Source: Okamejei kenojei (Eukaryota). Taken from it: a DNA stretch of 64,000 nucleotides. Below are positions 61,690 through 64,000 of the stretch, in pieces. The translations under genes were made by a program, and so were the position numbers. The stretch is taken from assembly GCA_035221665.1 (NCBI GenBank), contig CM069138.1:70308001-70372000 (forward strand), read 5' to 3'. The notes beneath the pieces are model-generated. The model was not told where the DNA came from and made no database searches. It was given only the letters and a program-made list of their open reading frames with translations. How positions within the stretch are numbered: the stretch's first letter is position 1; each line of letters begins with the position of its first letter.

Positions 61690-62260
61690 AATGAGCCCAT
61701 GGGGAGCAACTGACCTAGATTCAGTTCTTGCTCACATCCTCAGGACCTGCATCGATCAGTTGGCAGGAATATTCACAAACATCCATAACCTCTCACTACT
61801 CCATTTTGAAACTGTTGGTGATATTTATACCAAAGAACATGAAGCTCTCAACCATTTCCCCTTTTGCACCATAAATAACACCAACAGTTTGTCCTGGACA
61901 AAGCACATTGAAGGGGACTAAAGAAGTTTGACATATCTCCAACAACTCTTACCAGCATAAATGCACCGTAAAAAGCATGCTAACGGGTTGCATCGCAGCT
62001 TGGTCAGGGAACAGCTCTGCATATGACTGCAAGAAATTGCAGAGAGTTGTGGATGTAGCCATCACAGAACAGCCTTCAATCATTGATTCCATCCACAGTT
62101 CATGCTGCCTTGAGAATGCGACCAATATAATCAAGGATCATTTTCACTCTGGTCATTTCCTAATCTCTCCTCTTCCATTGGCCAGTTAATGTAAACATTT
62201 GAAAATATATACCAGCAGATTCGGGAACAGCTTCTTCCTCTGAGTTTTCAGACTTCTTGA
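61690..62260 (+). mobile_element. Rex1/Babar-type LINE fragments
   Basis: LRTCIDQLAGIFTNI.NLSL and LTGCIAAWSGNSSAYDCKKLQRVV. Confidence 0.8.
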
Positions 62261-62368
62261 CAGTTCTTCCACAACCGAGGGTCTAGTTCCAAACATTCAA
62301 CCTACCTCATTGCAAACATTTGGGCCTCTTCTCTATAACTGTAATGCAATAATGCTGTAAAATTTAAT

Positions 62369-63790
62369 GCTCAAAACTTCAAACTGGTAAGTTCTTGTTT
62401 AATCTTACTATTTTACGCGAGTGACTACGTGAAGATTTCAAAGCGCGTGATTTCATGCCACAGTCCCAAATCCAGCGTTCACACTGCATTGATTGACTCA
62501 AAGTCGTTAATAATCAATAATGCATCAATCATAACACTGACAAATGAATTAACGGGTTTATTTACAAACAAAACAATAACAACCCCTCTAACTCAGGGGG
62601 AAACTATAACAGAACACAAAACAGAACCAGCAAACACCCCCAGCCTTGTAATCGGCTTATGATAAAATTTTTGGAAGGTCAGCTCACTGGACCATCCTGC
62701 GGCCGCGAAGATATGGTCAATAGGCACGTCCATCGCCCTTGCCGGAAGTTGATGCCGCCCTGGTGGAATGAGATTTGAATTTATCAGTATCAATCCCAGC
62801 ACTTCCCAGGGCCTGCTTTAGCCACCTTGAAATTGTTTGCACTGACACCTTACTGTGTTGTTTTTTATGGCTAATAAGTAATGCAAACTCTGTCCCTCGT
62901 ACGACTCAGCTAGCCTCAATCTAATGAGACAAATATGATACTACACACAGGCGAGCATCTGTGGGGTATGCTGAAAAAACAATCTTACATCCTGTCATGC
63001 CTATTCTACTATGTTTGAGCAGATCATAGACATAAAAAGTAATGGCATCTGCCGATACCTGCATTCTGTCTCGCCGTAGCTTTTGCAATGTTTGCACACA
63101 TTGGGCTGATACCTACGCCATAAGCATGACCATCTTCATGGTTAGTTTGGCTAGAGATAGGCTTGCAACAGGAGTCCACTGGCGAAGAAGCATAAGAACT
63201 TCGCTCACATTCCAAATACAGGAATACCTGGGTTTAGGAGGATTAGAATTGAAAACCCCCTTCATAAATCGAGAAACTAACGGATGTGTCCCTATTGAAT
63301 GTAACTCTGAACTCATGGGTAAATAAAAAGACAGCATTTCTGGCTGTATTAATGGCACTATAGCTTAATTTATGATCAAAGTAAAGAGTGGACAAAAACT
63401 CCAGTACGTCTGGGATGCCTGCAGTTTGATATGAGATAATCTGCTGTAGACAGAATACCTCCCGCTTCCTTATCGAGGTGATGTACTGCTTCTGAGTACT
63501 ATCCCTGCAGGCCGACGTGAGAACATCCATGGTACGATCAGTCAGTCCTCTCCCCAGGTATGGCCTCCTTAAAATCTGCAAATTAACAGATCAATACGAT
63601 CATGTAAAGGATGTTGATCCCCAGTTACTGGATTCACCAGTAGATTTTTATGTTTGGGAATAATCATGTGAGGCTGACTAGCCATTTGCAATACGAGAGG
63701 GAACCATGGTTGTGTAGGCCAATCTGGCACTACCAATACTCCTGAAGTATTGGTAGTGCCTGCTTGAGTCCTGCTTGATTTTTTCATCGA
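62369..63790 (-). mobile_element. DIRS-type tyrosine-recombinase retrotransposon, decayed 3' part
   Basis: VLVVPDWPTQPWFP; RDSTQKQY; LSYSAINTARNA; HPLVSRFMKGVFNSNPPKPRY..WNV; PIDHIFAAAGWSSELTFQKFY (YR catalytic Y region). Confidence 0.88.
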
Positions 63791-63800
63791 CTAATGCGAC

Positions 63801-64000
63801 AGACTCCGGGCTCCAGTTCCGGCTGCGGCCCGACTCCGGGGCTCCAGCTCCGGCTCCAGCTCCGGCCCAACTCCGGGGCTCCAGCTCCAGCTCCGGCTCC
63901 GGGGCTCCAGCTCCAGCTCCGGCTCCAGCTCCGGCTCCGGCTGCGGCCCGACTCCGGAGCTCCAGCTCCAGCTCCAGCTCCGGCCCGACTCTGGGGCTCC
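63801..64000. repeat. GC-rich tandem repeat based on CTCCAG/CTCCGG hexamers
   Basis: Directly visible, with a recurring gctgcggcccgactccgg variant; runs off the window end. Confidence 0.92.

Noticed and set aside
1-64000. CRISPR arrays, operons, rRNA or other prokaryotic systems
   Set aside because: No repeat-spacer arrays or gene-dense regions; the sequence is vertebrate-type repeat-rich DNA

Overview
Non-coding, transposon-rich eukaryotic DNA. The repeat families (HE1/V-SINE-like tRNA SINEs, CR1/HER1 LINE tails, Penelope-derived short repeats) point to a cartilaginous fish, most likely a skate or ray; this is an inference from repeat content only. I find no intact host protein-coding gene. 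The window holds decayed or nested elements: a CGGBP-type hAT, two further hAT-like elements, CR1, Rex1/Babar, Penelope, a HERO/R2-like element, a Gypsy LTR element, an RTE and a DIRS element. It also holds two TE-poor AT-rich islands that may contain conserved non-coding elements. Top observation: a ~140-bp dispersed element (3 copies, at 4682, 14409 and 54888) whose first 54 nt fold into a complete minimal HDV/CPEB3-like self-cleaving ribozyme. In one copy the ribozyme starts directly after the target-site duplication. A 3' stem and an (AAG)n tail follow, and an RTE LINE in this window has the same tail. This suggests a ribozyme-headed SINE-like retroelement. Second: a 4.5-kb hAT-like element with a 7-bp TSD that appears to carry host fragments (a TDP2-like 5' coding segment and a tRNA-Asp piece). 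All family assignments were made by eye, without database searches, and boundaries of decayed repeats are approximate.
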